NCBI GenBank assembly: GCA_963839205.1
Contig: CAWITU010000002.1
Span: 75,034-139,033, forward strand
DNA from: an uncultured bacterium
GTDB lineage: Bacteria; Patescibacteriota; Minisyncoccia; Phycocordibacterales; CAWITU01
DNA length: 64,000 nucleotides
Reading direction: 5' to 3'
The notes beneath the pieces are model-generated. The model did not search any database and had not been told where the DNA came from. It was given only the letters and a program-made list of their open reading frames with translations. The translations under genes and the position numbers were made by a program. Below are positions 51,199-59,852 of the stretch, in pieces (position 1 is the stretch's first letter; every line of letters starts with the position of its first letter).

Positions 51199-51807
51199 AT
51201 GACCGAAGGCAACATTTCAATCAATAGAGGAATTTTCAGTTTAGGTTCCAATTTTCAAGAACGCCATATTGAGGACTACAAAAAACTTGGGAAATTAATT
51301 GAGCACTGCAAAGGGCTCGGTCTTAAAATTGTTTTAACACAAGGTACTTACGACATGCTTCATATTGGTCACGCACGTTATTTTGAAAATGCAAAACGTC
51401 ACGGAGATATTCTCGTGGTTGGAGTTGATAGTGATGAAAAAGTCCGCGAGAGAAAAGGGCCAGAGAGACCTGTCGTTCCAGAATCGGAAAGGCTTGAAAT
51501 GGTAGCTCATCTTCGCCCTGTCGATATTGTAGTTTTGAAACCACTTAAAGCTCCGAAATGGAATTTGATAAAAACAGTTAAGCCAGATGTTCTCATTGCT
51601 ACCCGCGAAACATATACCAAAAAGCAGATAAAACAGTTGAAAGAATTTTGTCGGGAAGTGGTTGTATTAGATCCTCAAGCGACTACTTCAACAAGTGCCA
51701 AAATCCGAAAGCTTCAGATTAGCACTGCCAAAAGTTTAGGTAAGGCTCTAACTCCAAAAATTATGAATACGATTGAGGAGGTTCTAAGCAATCTTAAAAA
51801 TAACTAA
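51199..51807 (+). CDS. Cytidylyltransferase-like nucleotidyltransferase (RfaE domain II / TagD-like)
   Basis: 'VLTQGTYDMLHIGHARYFENAKRHGDILVVGVDSDEKVRERKGPERPVVPESERLEMVAHLRPVDIVV' is HxGH-type. Confidence 0.55.
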   Translation: MTEGNISINRGIFSLGSNFQERHIEDYKKLGKLIEHCKGLGLKIVLTQGTYDMLHIGHARYFENAKRHGDILVVGVDSDEKVRERKGPERPVVPESERLEMVAHLRPVDIVVLKPLKAPKWNLIKTVKPDVLIATRETYTKKQIKQLKEFCREVVVLDPQATTSTSAKIRKLQISTAKSLGKALTPKIMNTIEEVLSNLKNN

Positions 51808-52642
51808 ATGAGAACAGTTATTATCGCTTATATCCCTGTCCTACATGCGGGGTATAAAAAACTTTTTGAATCAAATCCAGAAGCTAAGGAACTGTGCATT
51901 CTTGGGCCAGAACTTATTTCGCAATTTCCACACCTAACTAAAGATATTCGCCAGTTAGATCCTGATTTCATAAAAACCGCCGTTGAATCATGGAAAATGT
52001 TTGAAAAAATTGCGATTCTAGATGAAAAATCTCTTTTAAAATTGGCTGAAGAAAAGCCAACTATCATTTTGCCAAATGAGGATGTAATGAAATCAATTGT
52101 TGAGAAATATTTAGCAAGAATTCCAATTAAATACAGCCCGATTTTCTTTAAATGGGATAAGCACAATACTGTTTTGGAAACTGAGATTAATCCAGACAGA
52201 AAGGTCTCAAAAGAAAAGTTTGATAGAGAGATGATTGAAAAAGCGGGAAAAGAAGGTGAGGAGAGTTCTGATATTTGGAGGAGAATTGGCTCTGTTGTTG
52301 TTAAGGATGGGAAAGTAATTATTCAGACTCACAATAAGGGAACGCCGACCGAACAGACCTCAATGTACGAGGGAGATCCTAGAAATAATTTTCATAAAGG
52401 GTGTTCATCTTGAGCTTTCAACCTTTATGCATTCTGAAGCCGGAGCAATAGCAGAAGCTGCTAGGAAAGGGATATCACTTGAAGGTGCTGATTTGTACGT
52501 AACCACTTTTCCTTGCCCTCCATGCGGAAAACTAATTGCCTATTCTGGAATCAAAAGAGTGTTTTATAAAAATGGCTATGGAGTTCTAGATAGCGAAAGA
52601 ATTCTCAAAGACAAAGGTGTGGAGATAATAAAAGTGGAATAA
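51808..52642 (+). pseudogene. dCMP deaminase with a ~140-aa N-terminal extension; frameshift near 52395
   Basis: 'RIGSVVVKDGKVIIQTHNKG' then, in another frame, 'HSEAGAIAEAARKG...LYVTTFPCPPCGKLIAYSGIKRVFY' (zinc-binding HAE/PCxxC motifs) in ORF 52427-52642. Confidence 0.55.
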
Positions 52643-52653
52643 AAAAGCGGCGC

Positions 52654-52685
52654 GATGCTTTACATCGCGCCGGCAATTCGAATTA
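52654..52685. terminator. Bidirectional intrinsic terminator
   Basis: ggcgcgatg-ctttac-atcgcgcc. Confidence 0.6.
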
Positions 52686-52690
52686 AAAGA

Positions 52691-53305
52691 CTATTTCTGT
52701 TTTCCTAATTTGGTTTCCACCAGAGTTTTTTCTTCTGGCCGAAGTCCCTCCATAAGTTCTTCGTCAGTCATCTCTCTGGTTTTGCCAGATAGCCGCATTT
52801 TTTCGAAAACTTGGAGAATGGGTAATTTTTTCTCCAGATCTTCTGGCGATTTGGCGATGGTTACTTCAACCCGATCCAGTCCGGTTGGTACCTGATAGTT
52901 AATATGTAGGTGATCCACGCTCTTGGCGTTGAACTGGGCATCTCCTGACCGGATGACGATTACTCCGCCTGGAATGTTGAACTCCTTTTGGATCCAGTCG
53001 AGTATTTGTTTCAAATCGACAAGCTCCTCGTAATCCATTTCATGGACGGCGGTAATATGCCGTTTGCTAGGCACGATTAATTGGAATTTTTGTCCACTTC
53101 TTGGTGCGACATCATTTTTCCAAACAAGCCAGGATCTGTTCTCGAACAGGACTTTGTTGACCGTGGTGTCAATTTGGCAAAATGGGCATTTACCCTCCAA
53201 GAGATCCCTTACCTTAAGAAGGTAATAGCGGAAATTGCTGACGTTGAACAACTGCCAAACATCCTCAGGTTTAATACCCGGGAGTTCAAAACTGATTTTA
53301 ATCAT
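52691..53305 (-). CDS. HIT-superfamily (GalT/Apa2-branch-like) nucleotide hydrolase/transferase
   Basis: 'CPFCQID', 'GGVIVIRSGDAQFNAKSVDHLHINYQVP'. Confidence 0.5.
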   Translation of the reverse strand: MIKISFELPGIKPEDVWQLFNVSNFRYYLLKVRDLLEGKCPFCQIDTTVNKVLFENRSWLVWKNDVAPRSGQKFQLIVPSKRHITAVHEMDYEELVDLKQILDWIQKEFNIPGGVIVIRSGDAQFNAKSVDHLHINYQVPTGLDRVEVTIAKSPEDLEKKLPILQVFEKMRLSGKTREMTDEELMEGLRPEEKTLVETKLGKQK

Positions 53306-53454
53306 GTAAAGGTTCTCCTATGTTTTTGGGTTCTCTATCTTTCGAGGTCTATACTACTTATGATTCTGAATAAGTCAATTTTCCAATTCCCATATGAAAT
53401 TTTTATGAATGACCTTAGAAACTAATCTTAAAAAAGTCGTGCTAGCATGTTTGC

Positions 53455-53844
53455 ATGGAGAAAGATTTTTGGAAATGGCATGCAGAAAAGAGTAATCTTA
53501 ATAAAGATAAAATCAGGCCATTTTTTCATGAGGCAGAGGTATGGTTTGCGTCAATTGGATCAAATATTGGTTTTGAAGAAGACGGAAAGGGTAATAATTT
53601 CTTAAGACCAATTATTATCATTAAAAAATTTAATAACGAAGTATGTTGGGGTATTCCGACCACTAAAAAGTTTAGGAATAGTAAGTATTATTTTCACTTT
53701 GAGTTTAGCCAAAATAAGTATACTAATGCCATCCTGTCTCAACTTAGACTGGTTGATAGTAAAAGGTTAAGTTATAAGATTGGTTCGGTTAGAAACAGTG
53801 ATTTCAGGAAAATGAAAAATCGCCTTATCTCATATTTGAAATAG
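53455..53844 (+). CDS. Hypothetical protein, weak PemK/MazF-like toxin resemblance
   Basis: 'EVWFASIGSNIGFEEDGKGNNFLRPIIIIKKFNNEVCWGIPTT' resembles the MazF 'RPalVvs...P.Ts' pattern. No cognate antitoxin found. Confidence 0.3.
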   Translation: MEKDFWKWHAEKSNLNKDKIRPFFHEAEVWFASIGSNIGFEEDGKGNNFLRPIIIIKKFNNEVCWGIPTTKKFRNSKYYFHFEFSQNKYTNAILSQLRLVDSKRLSYKIGSVRNSDFRKMKNRLISYLK

Positions 53845-53925
53845 AGCGATTTTTTCTTGACCCCTTTCGGGGAGGGCCGAAGCCATTTGTACCATTATGA
53901 TAACAATCGTCAGTATAAAGTCAAA

Positions 53926-54405
53926 TTATTTTTTTCTATCGTTTGACTCGCCAAATTTAAATTTAAAGGCGCCGTCTTCTAGATGTTCTAGGTCGGGTTC
54001 AATGAGGTGGGCGTGAATATGATTAACGGAACTGCCGTAATTTCCTAGTGACGGATTTTTACCAAAACGAATAGCTACCCCACCTCCTGGCATATTTCTT
54101 TCTTTTGAAATTTCTCCAAAAACTTTCAGTAATTCACCACCGGCTTCCTCTGGTAAATCCTTAATATGTTCAATGTGAGTCTTATAAATAGCCAAAACCT
54201 GATGCTTTGTGCCTTTGTATGGCCATTGGTTATCTGTAAAAAGCCAGTACTTAGTCTCTTTGAGGATTGGGTTTTTATGATAACGATCTAAATTTTCTCG
54301 GCAAAAGGGGCAAACACCATCCACCACTATTTGCTCCATCACTTTTCTCTGGGCATCGGAGCGAGCATTTCCAACTCTAACTAAATCGTTGCTTAAATCA
54401 GACAT
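53926..54405 (-). CDS. HIT family hydrolase (histidine triad)
   Basis: 'CPFCREN', 'GGGVAIRFGKNPSLGNYGSSVNHIHAHLI' (HxHxHxx). Start taken at the internal Met to avoid overlap with thyA. Confidence 0.65.
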   Translation of the reverse strand: MSDLSNDLVRVGNARSDAQRKVMEQIVVDGVCPFCRENLDRYHKNPILKETKYWLFTDNQWPYKGTKHQVLAIYKTHIEHIKDLPEEAGGELLKVFGEISKERNMPGGGVAIRFGKNPSLGNYGSSVNHIHAHLIEPDLEHLEDGAFKFKFGESNDRKK

Positions 54406-54406
54406 G

Positions 54407-55318
54407 TTAGATTGCGACAGGAATAGCTTTAATTCCTGGGTGAGGATTGTAATCGGAAAGCGTGAAGTCTTCCTTTCTAAAATCAAATAAGTCTTTCTTT
54501 TCTTTGTTCAGAGTCATTGTTGGAAAAACTTTGGCTTCTCGAGCGAGCATTGTTTCAACTGCTGGAATTTGATCTACATATATATGAGCATCTGAAATTG
54601 TATGGACGTATTCGTAAGGAATTGTATTTGTAACATGGGCGAGCATCATAGTGAGTGCTGCATACTGAACCATGTTTGATGGAACGCCGACAGGTACATC
54701 ACCTGAGCGCTGAATCATGTGAAGTGTTAATTTTCCTTCAATAATTCTTACGTGAATCCAGCCGTGACATGGAGCAACGACAACTTTCTGTTGTTTACCT
54801 TTACCTCGGCCGATGTATTGAGGAACCCAAGGGGAGACGAAGTGGGTACGAAGCTGTGGTTCTTCAATAATCTGTTCAACTAAGTGTTTGAATTGGTTAA
54901 ATGGATTTCCTTCAGAAGTTGGGAAATCGTGGAAAGCTGAGCCGTATGAGCCGGGGCCTAAATCTCCAGCCACAAGTCCACGTTTGGCGCATTTTTCAGG
55001 AGTGGCCCACGATTTCCACCAGAAGCAACCAAATTTTTCTAATTCTTCAACTGTGTGAGCACCGTTTATGAATGCACAGATTTCAGCAATAGCTTGTTGC
55101 CATACGGTGACAGGTAATCTTTCGGATACCTTTGGGTCCATATTTCGTTCGGTAATCATTGGGAAGCCATTCTCAAGCTTGAAATGCATTGAGCCGGGTC
55201 CAATCAAGGTCAGTGCATCAACACCTTGCTGGCTTGGGATTCTTGTACCATCCTTAAGAATTTTTCTAAGGAGATCTTGGTATTGAGTATCAGGTGTTCG
55301 CTCTGTTAGTGGTTTCAT
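54407..55318 (-). CDS. thyA: Thymidylate synthase (ThyA type)
   Basis: 'QYQDLLRKILKDGT', 'VVVAPCHGWIHVRI', 'IQRSGDVPVGVPSNMVQYAALTMMLAH', C-terminal 'NPHPGIKAIPVAI'. Confidence 0.85.
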   Translation of the reverse strand: MKPLTERTPDTQYQDLLRKILKDGTRIPSQQGVDALTLIGPGSMHFKLENGFPMITERNMDPKVSERLPVTVWQQAIAEICAFINGAHTVEELEKFGCFWWKSWATPEKCAKRGLVAGDLGPGSYGSAFHDFPTSEGNPFNQFKHLVEQIIEEPQLRTHFVSPWVPQYIGRGKGKQQKVVVAPCHGWIHVRIIEGKLTLHMIQRSGDVPVGVPSNMVQYAALTMMLAHVTNTIPYEYVHTISDAHIYVDQIPAVETMLAREAKVFPTMTLNKEKKDLFDFRKEDFTLSDYNPHPGIKAIPVAI

Positions 55319-55347
55319 ATGCAAGAATAATACAATATACTTCTGGT

Positions 55348-55971
55348 ATGGCCAAACCAAAATTTATTGTGCTCGAAGGCGGGGAAGGGGCAGGCAAAAG
55401 TACCCAGATTAAACTGCTCAAAGGAAGTTTGGGAGATAAAATTGTCATTACTCGGGAGCCAGGAGGTTCTCCTTATGCCGAAGAAATTAGAAATGTGATT
55501 TTGAAATCACCGAATGCGAAAGGCGCGGGCGCCAAAACGCATTTTGCATTGTTTTGGGCCGCCCGCGCCGATCATATTCAAAATACAATCCAACCTGCAC
55601 TAGATTCTGGCAAACCAGTTATTTGTGACAGATTCGATTCCTCAACTTTTGCCTATCAGATTTATGGACAAGAGGCCAAGGAGCTCAAAGATTTTTTCTG
55701 GAAGACGAGAGAATTCTATTTAGAAAATTTAAAACCTGATCTCTATATTTATTTGGATGTTGATATTGAAACAGGGCTACGAAGAAAGTTTGCTGACGCA
55801 GAGGAGATTAATCATTTTGAGGAGAGGGAGCTGGCATTTCATAAGAGAATGAAAGAGGGGTTTGCAGAATTTTTCAAATCAGTGCCCCACAAAATTATTG
55901 ATGCTAATCAGTCACTTGAGAAAGTCCAGGCCGATTTGCTTGAGATTATCAACTCCGAACTCGGATTTTAA
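55348..55971 (+). CDS. tmk: Thymidylate kinase
   Basis: 'FIVLEGGEGAGKSTQ' P-loop, 'REPGGSPYAEEIR'. Confidence 0.85.
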   Translation: MAKPKFIVLEGGEGAGKSTQIKLLKGSLGDKIVITREPGGSPYAEEIRNVILKSPNAKGAGAKTHFALFWAARADHIQNTIQPALDSGKPVICDRFDSSTFAYQIYGQEAKELKDFFWKTREFYLENLKPDLYIYLDVDIETGLRRKFADAEEINHFEERELAFHKRMKEGFAEFFKSVPHKIIDANQSLEKVQADLLEIINSELGF

Positions 55972-56084
55972 GCTCCAAAAAATAATATCTCTTCGCCTAG
56001 CTTCAGAAAAGTATTCTTAAAAAACCACGCTGTAAAATTCTACTGAATTTTCAGCTCGGCCTCGGACCAGTCCTCCGTCAGGCT

Positions 56085-56200
56085 TTTTTAAGAACACTTT
56101 TCTTTCGCATGGCTCGAAAGAATGAACCGTAAGGTGGAGTTAGGGTCGTTTCGAGTCCACACTTTTTGCAGAAAACGAGACTTAGGTGAGATTTTCTAAA
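56085..56200 (-). repeat. Intergenic repeat element, copy B (inverted relative to copy A)
   Basis: Reverse complement carries the same 34-nt core and 'aggaccga-taagacccgcc' / 'gacttaggtgag' modules as 47950-48075. A short third fragment lies at ~59765-59800. Confidence 0.55.
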
Positions 56201-56280
56201 AAAAGTGAGGACCGAATAAGACCCGCCCCCACATAATAGGGAGATTTTTCGTCGGGTTAGAATTTTGCTACAATAGCCAG

Positions 56281-57459
56281 ATGAAGGACAAGCAAATCGA
56301 AAAACTAATTAAGGCCGAAAAGGCCAGACAAAAGAAGGTTATAAACTTAATTGCTTCTGAAAATATTGTTTCTCAGGACGTTCTAAAAGCACTTGGTTCA
56401 GAACTCACTAATAAGTACGCCGAAGGCTACCCACACAAAAGATATTACGGAGGTCAGACTTACACTGACCAGCTTGAAGAATTAACCAAAGCTCGGGCCT
56501 TGAAATTATTTGGCTTGGCTCCAGAAAAGTGGCACGTGAATGTTCAGCCACTTTCTGGTTCTCCAGCTAACTTCGCTGTTTATACCGCTCTCGTTCCACA
56601 AGGCGGAAAGATTATGGGTATGTCACTTGATAATGGTGGTCATTTAACTCATGGTCATAAAGCATCGGCTACTGGAAAATTTTGGATTCAAGTTCCGTAT
56701 GGAGTTTCTAAAACTACAGAAGTAATTGATTATGAAGAAATAAAAAAACTGGCTGTTGCGGAGAAACCAAATATTATTGTTGCCGGTTTTACTGCTTATC
56801 CCAGAACTGTTGATTTCAAAAAATTTCGAGAGATAGCGAATGCTAGCGGGGCAATTCTAATGGTTGATATGTCACATTTTGCAGGACTTGTTGCTGGTCG
56901 GGCCTATCCAACGCCTTTTGATTATGCCGACATCGTTACAACAACAGTTCACAAAACATTGCGTGGTCCTCGAAGTGCCATGATTTTTGCTAAGAAAGAT
57001 GAAAGAGGTTTTGATAAGTTGATTGATAAAGCTGTTTTTCCAGGACTTCAAGGCGGTCCACATATGAATCAGATTGCTGGTGTGGCAGTTGCTTTAAAAG
57101 AAGCTGATAGTCCTGCATTTAAAAAATATGCCAAACAAGTCGTTAAAAATGCCGCAGTTCTTTCAACGGAGCTTCAAAAACTTGGTTGGAAAATTATTTC
57201 AGGTGGCACTGATAGTCACTTAATTTTGGTAGATACTTGGATGGAAGGAAAGGGAATTTCAGGGTCGGAAGCTAGCACTAGACTTGAGACAGCTGGAATC
57301 ATCGTAAATAAAAACACCATTCCAGGAGAGACAAGGTCACCATTTGACCCTTCTGGGATTAGACTCGGTACAGCAGCAGAAACAACTCGGGGTAAAAAAG
57401 AAAAGGATATGAAAAAAATTGCTGAAAAGATTGATAAAGTTTTAAGAAAAAATAATTAG
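56281..57459 (+). CDS. glyA: Serine hydroxymethyltransferase
   Basis: 'YAEGYPHKRYYGG', 'GGHLTHGH', 'TTTVHKTLRGPR'. Confidence 0.9.
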   Translation: MKDKQIEKLIKAEKARQKKVINLIASENIVSQDVLKALGSELTNKYAEGYPHKRYYGGQTYTDQLEELTKARALKLFGLAPEKWHVNVQPLSGSPANFAVYTALVPQGGKIMGMSLDNGGHLTHGHKASATGKFWIQVPYGVSKTTEVIDYEEIKKLAVAEKPNIIVAGFTAYPRTVDFKKFREIANASGAILMVDMSHFAGLVAGRAYPTPFDYADIVTTTVHKTLRGPRSAMIFAKKDERGFDKLIDKAVFPGLQGGPHMNQIAGVAVALKEADSPAFKKYAKQVVKNAAVLSTELQKLGWKIISGGTDSHLILVDTWMEGKGISGSEASTRLETAGIIVNKNTIPGETRSPFDPSGIRLGTAAETTRGKKEKDMKKIAEKIDKVLRKNN

Positions 57460-57465
57460 AGAAAA

Positions 57466-58056
57466 ATGAAAGACGACATAAATTTTTTATATGAAATTGG
57501 TGGCCTAAGGAAAGTCCCAAGAGCTTGGCAACAAGTTCTTTCTGGAAAGGCGCAGAATGTTTCAGAACATATTTTTCGAGTTGTGATGATTGCTTGGACG
57601 ATTGCTGTAAAAGAGGGGGCAGATGTTAATAAAATTATAAAGATGGCCTTAGTGCATGATGTTTCGGAGTCGCGAGCAACCGATATTGCTTTTATGCATA
57701 GAGATTATGTCACCAGACATGAACATTTGGCTATTGATCATATTTTTAAAAACACGACCCTAGAAAAAGAAGTAAGAGGACTTTTAGATGAATATGAAGA
57801 AAGAAAAAGCCTTGAATCAAGAATTCTTAAAGATGCAGATAATTTGGATGTCGATTTGGAATTACGCGAACTTTCTAAGGATGGTGACAGCGCGGCTTTA
57901 TATATGCAAGAGACTCACCGTCCTCATGTCAGAGCCGTAAAACTATACACTAAAACAGCCAAAAAAATGTGGGATGAAATTAAAAAAAGCCATCCGGATA
58001 ATTGGCACCGCCACCTCACAACCAAGTGGGTTAAAAGTAAGAAAGGTGCTCGATGA
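57466..58056 (+). CDS. HD-domain phosphohydrolase (5'-deoxynucleotidase YfbR-like)
   Basis: 'HIFRVVMIAW' and 'ALVHDVSESRATDI' (H...HD...D). Confidence 0.65.
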   Translation: MKDDINFLYEIGGLRKVPRAWQQVLSGKAQNVSEHIFRVVMIAWTIAVKEGADVNKIIKMALVHDVSESRATDIAFMHRDYVTRHEHLAIDHIFKNTTLEKEVRGLLDEYEERKSLESRILKDADNLDVDLELRELSKDGDSAALYMQETHRPHVRAVKLYTKTAKKMWDEIKKSHPDNWHRHLTTKWVKSKKGAR

Positions 58057-59762
58057 TATCGGGTAATTTAAAAAAAATAATAGCTGACGCTCTTAACACT
58101 TTTGACAAAGAGGTTCGTCTTGAAGATGTGTTGTTAGAACATCCCGATGATTTTAAAAATGGCGACTACTCAACACCGATGGCACTAGTTTTGGGAAAGA
58201 AACATAAAATCAAACCATTAGAGATTGCCGAGAAAATTGCAAAATATATTGAAGACAATAAGCCGGAAGAGATTGAGAAAGTTGACGTTGCAGGAATTGG
58301 TTTTGTTAATTTTTTTCTTTCTAAGAAATTTTTTGAAAAAGAAATGGCCGAAATTGCCACGACCGGCAATTTCGGCCAGTTATCTCTACTCGCCGGAAAG
58401 AAAGTCGTCGTTGACTATACTGACCCAAACCCGTTTAAGCAGTTCCATATCGGCCACCTAATGTCGAACGCTATCGGCGAGGCATTATGCAGAATCATGG
58501 AGTGGAACGGCGCTGATGTTAGCCGAATTTGTTACCAGGGTGATGTTGGACGTCATGTTGCCCTAACCATTTACGGTTTCCGTTTGATTGATAAACCTTT
58601 CCCTAATGATGACGCTACATTAAGTGAGAAGACGGCATATTTAGGCAAAGCATATGCGCTTGGATCAAATGTACTTAAGGATAACCCGGCCCTTGAAAGT
58701 GAAGTTCAAATTATAAATAAAAAAATCTACGATAGAAGTGATGGGGAGGTGAACCAACTTTACGATAAGGGCAGAGAATGGAGCCTAGAACATTTTGAGG
58801 AGATTTATGAAATCTTAGATACAAAGTTTGATCATTACTTTTTCGAAAGTCGGACTGCTCCAGTTGGTAAAAAAATAGTTGAGGATAATATTGGAAAAGT
58901 TTTTGAAGAAAGTGATGGTGCGGTTATTTTTCCTGGGGAGAAATATGGACTTCATACCAGAGTCTTTCTAACTAAAGAGAAATTGCCAACATATGAAGCA
59001 AAGGACTTGGGACTGGCAAAACTTAAATACGAAGTTTATCCATATGATTCGTCCATTATTGTCACCGCTTCTGAACAGAACCAATATTTTGAGGTTCTAA
59101 TAAAAGCTTTAAGTTTTATTTTTCCAAATATTGCTAAGACAACGAAACATGTTCCACATGGAATGATGCGTTTACCTTCTGGCAAAATGTCCTCACGGAC
59201 AGGGGACGTCATTACGGGTGAGTCAATGATTTTCTCGTTAGAAGATGAGGTGGCAGTTAAGATTAAAGATAGAAATTATGGAGAGGAACTTTCCAAAGAT
59301 ATTATTGAAAAAGTTTCTATCGCTGCGATTAAATATTCTATTTTAAAACAATCTCCCGGCAAAGATATTATTTTTGATTTAAATTCGGCACTTTCGTTTG
59401 AGGGAGACTCTGGCCCCTATATTCAATATACATACGTCAGAGCAAAATCTGTTATTGAAAAAGCTAATTCAATTGATACTAAAAATATTAAATCGAATCC
59501 TGATTCTAAAACTTCTGAACTCGAAAAACTTTTGTATCGTTTGCCAGAAGTCGTGGAAAAAGCTGGTAAGGAGCTAGCACCACAATACATCGTTACTTAT
59601 TTACTCAATGTTGCATCAGCGTTTAATAGTTTCTATTCAGCAAACAAGATTTTGGATGCTGGTTCAGATACTCCTTATCGTTTGCTAATTACTAAAGCTA
59701 CAACAATTGTTCTCAAAAACGGCCTTTCAATTCTGGGAATCAAAGTTCCAGAGAGGATGTAA
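58053..59762 (+). CDS. argS: Arginine--tRNA ligase
   Basis: 'NPFKQFHIGHLMSNAIGE' HIGH region, 569 aa, class I anticodon-binding C-terminus. Confidence 0.9.
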   Translation: MISGNLKKIIADALNTFDKEVRLEDVLLEHPDDFKNGDYSTPMALVLGKKHKIKPLEIAEKIAKYIEDNKPEEIEKVDVAGIGFVNFFLSKKFFEKEMAEIATTGNFGQLSLLAGKKVVVDYTDPNPFKQFHIGHLMSNAIGEALCRIMEWNGADVSRICYQGDVGRHVALTIYGFRLIDKPFPNDDATLSEKTAYLGKAYALGSNVLKDNPALESEVQIINKKIYDRSDGEVNQLYDKGREWSLEHFEEIYEILDTKFDHYFFESRTAPVGKKIVEDNIGKVFEESDGAVIFPGEKYGLHTRVFLTKEKLPTYEAKDLGLAKLKYEVYPYDSSIIVTASEQNQYFEVLIKALSFIFPNIAKTTKHVPHGMMRLPSGKMSSRTGDVITGESMIFSLEDEVAVKIKDRNYGEELSKDIIEKVSIAAIKYSILKQSPGKDIIFDLNSALSFEGDSGPYIQYTYVRAKSVIEKANSIDTKNIKSNPDSKTSELEKLLYRLPEVVEKAGKELAPQYIVTYLLNVASAFNSFYSANKILDAGSDTPYRLLITKATTIVLKNGLSILGIKVPERM

Positions 59763-59852
59763 GCTCCGAACAAAGCACTATTCTTCTTCGCCTGGCATTT
59801 TGGTCGATTTTGTTTGAAATGCCCATAAAAATGTTATTCTGTAGGAATAAAC

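Noticed and set aside
56085-56280. ZTP (pfl) or other one-carbon riboswitch upstream of glyA
   Set aside because: GGGTCGT and GGTGGAG elements are present but in the wrong order and spacing for the pfl consensus. The same element occurs inverted upstream of secE, so it is a repeat rather than a glyA-specific leader.
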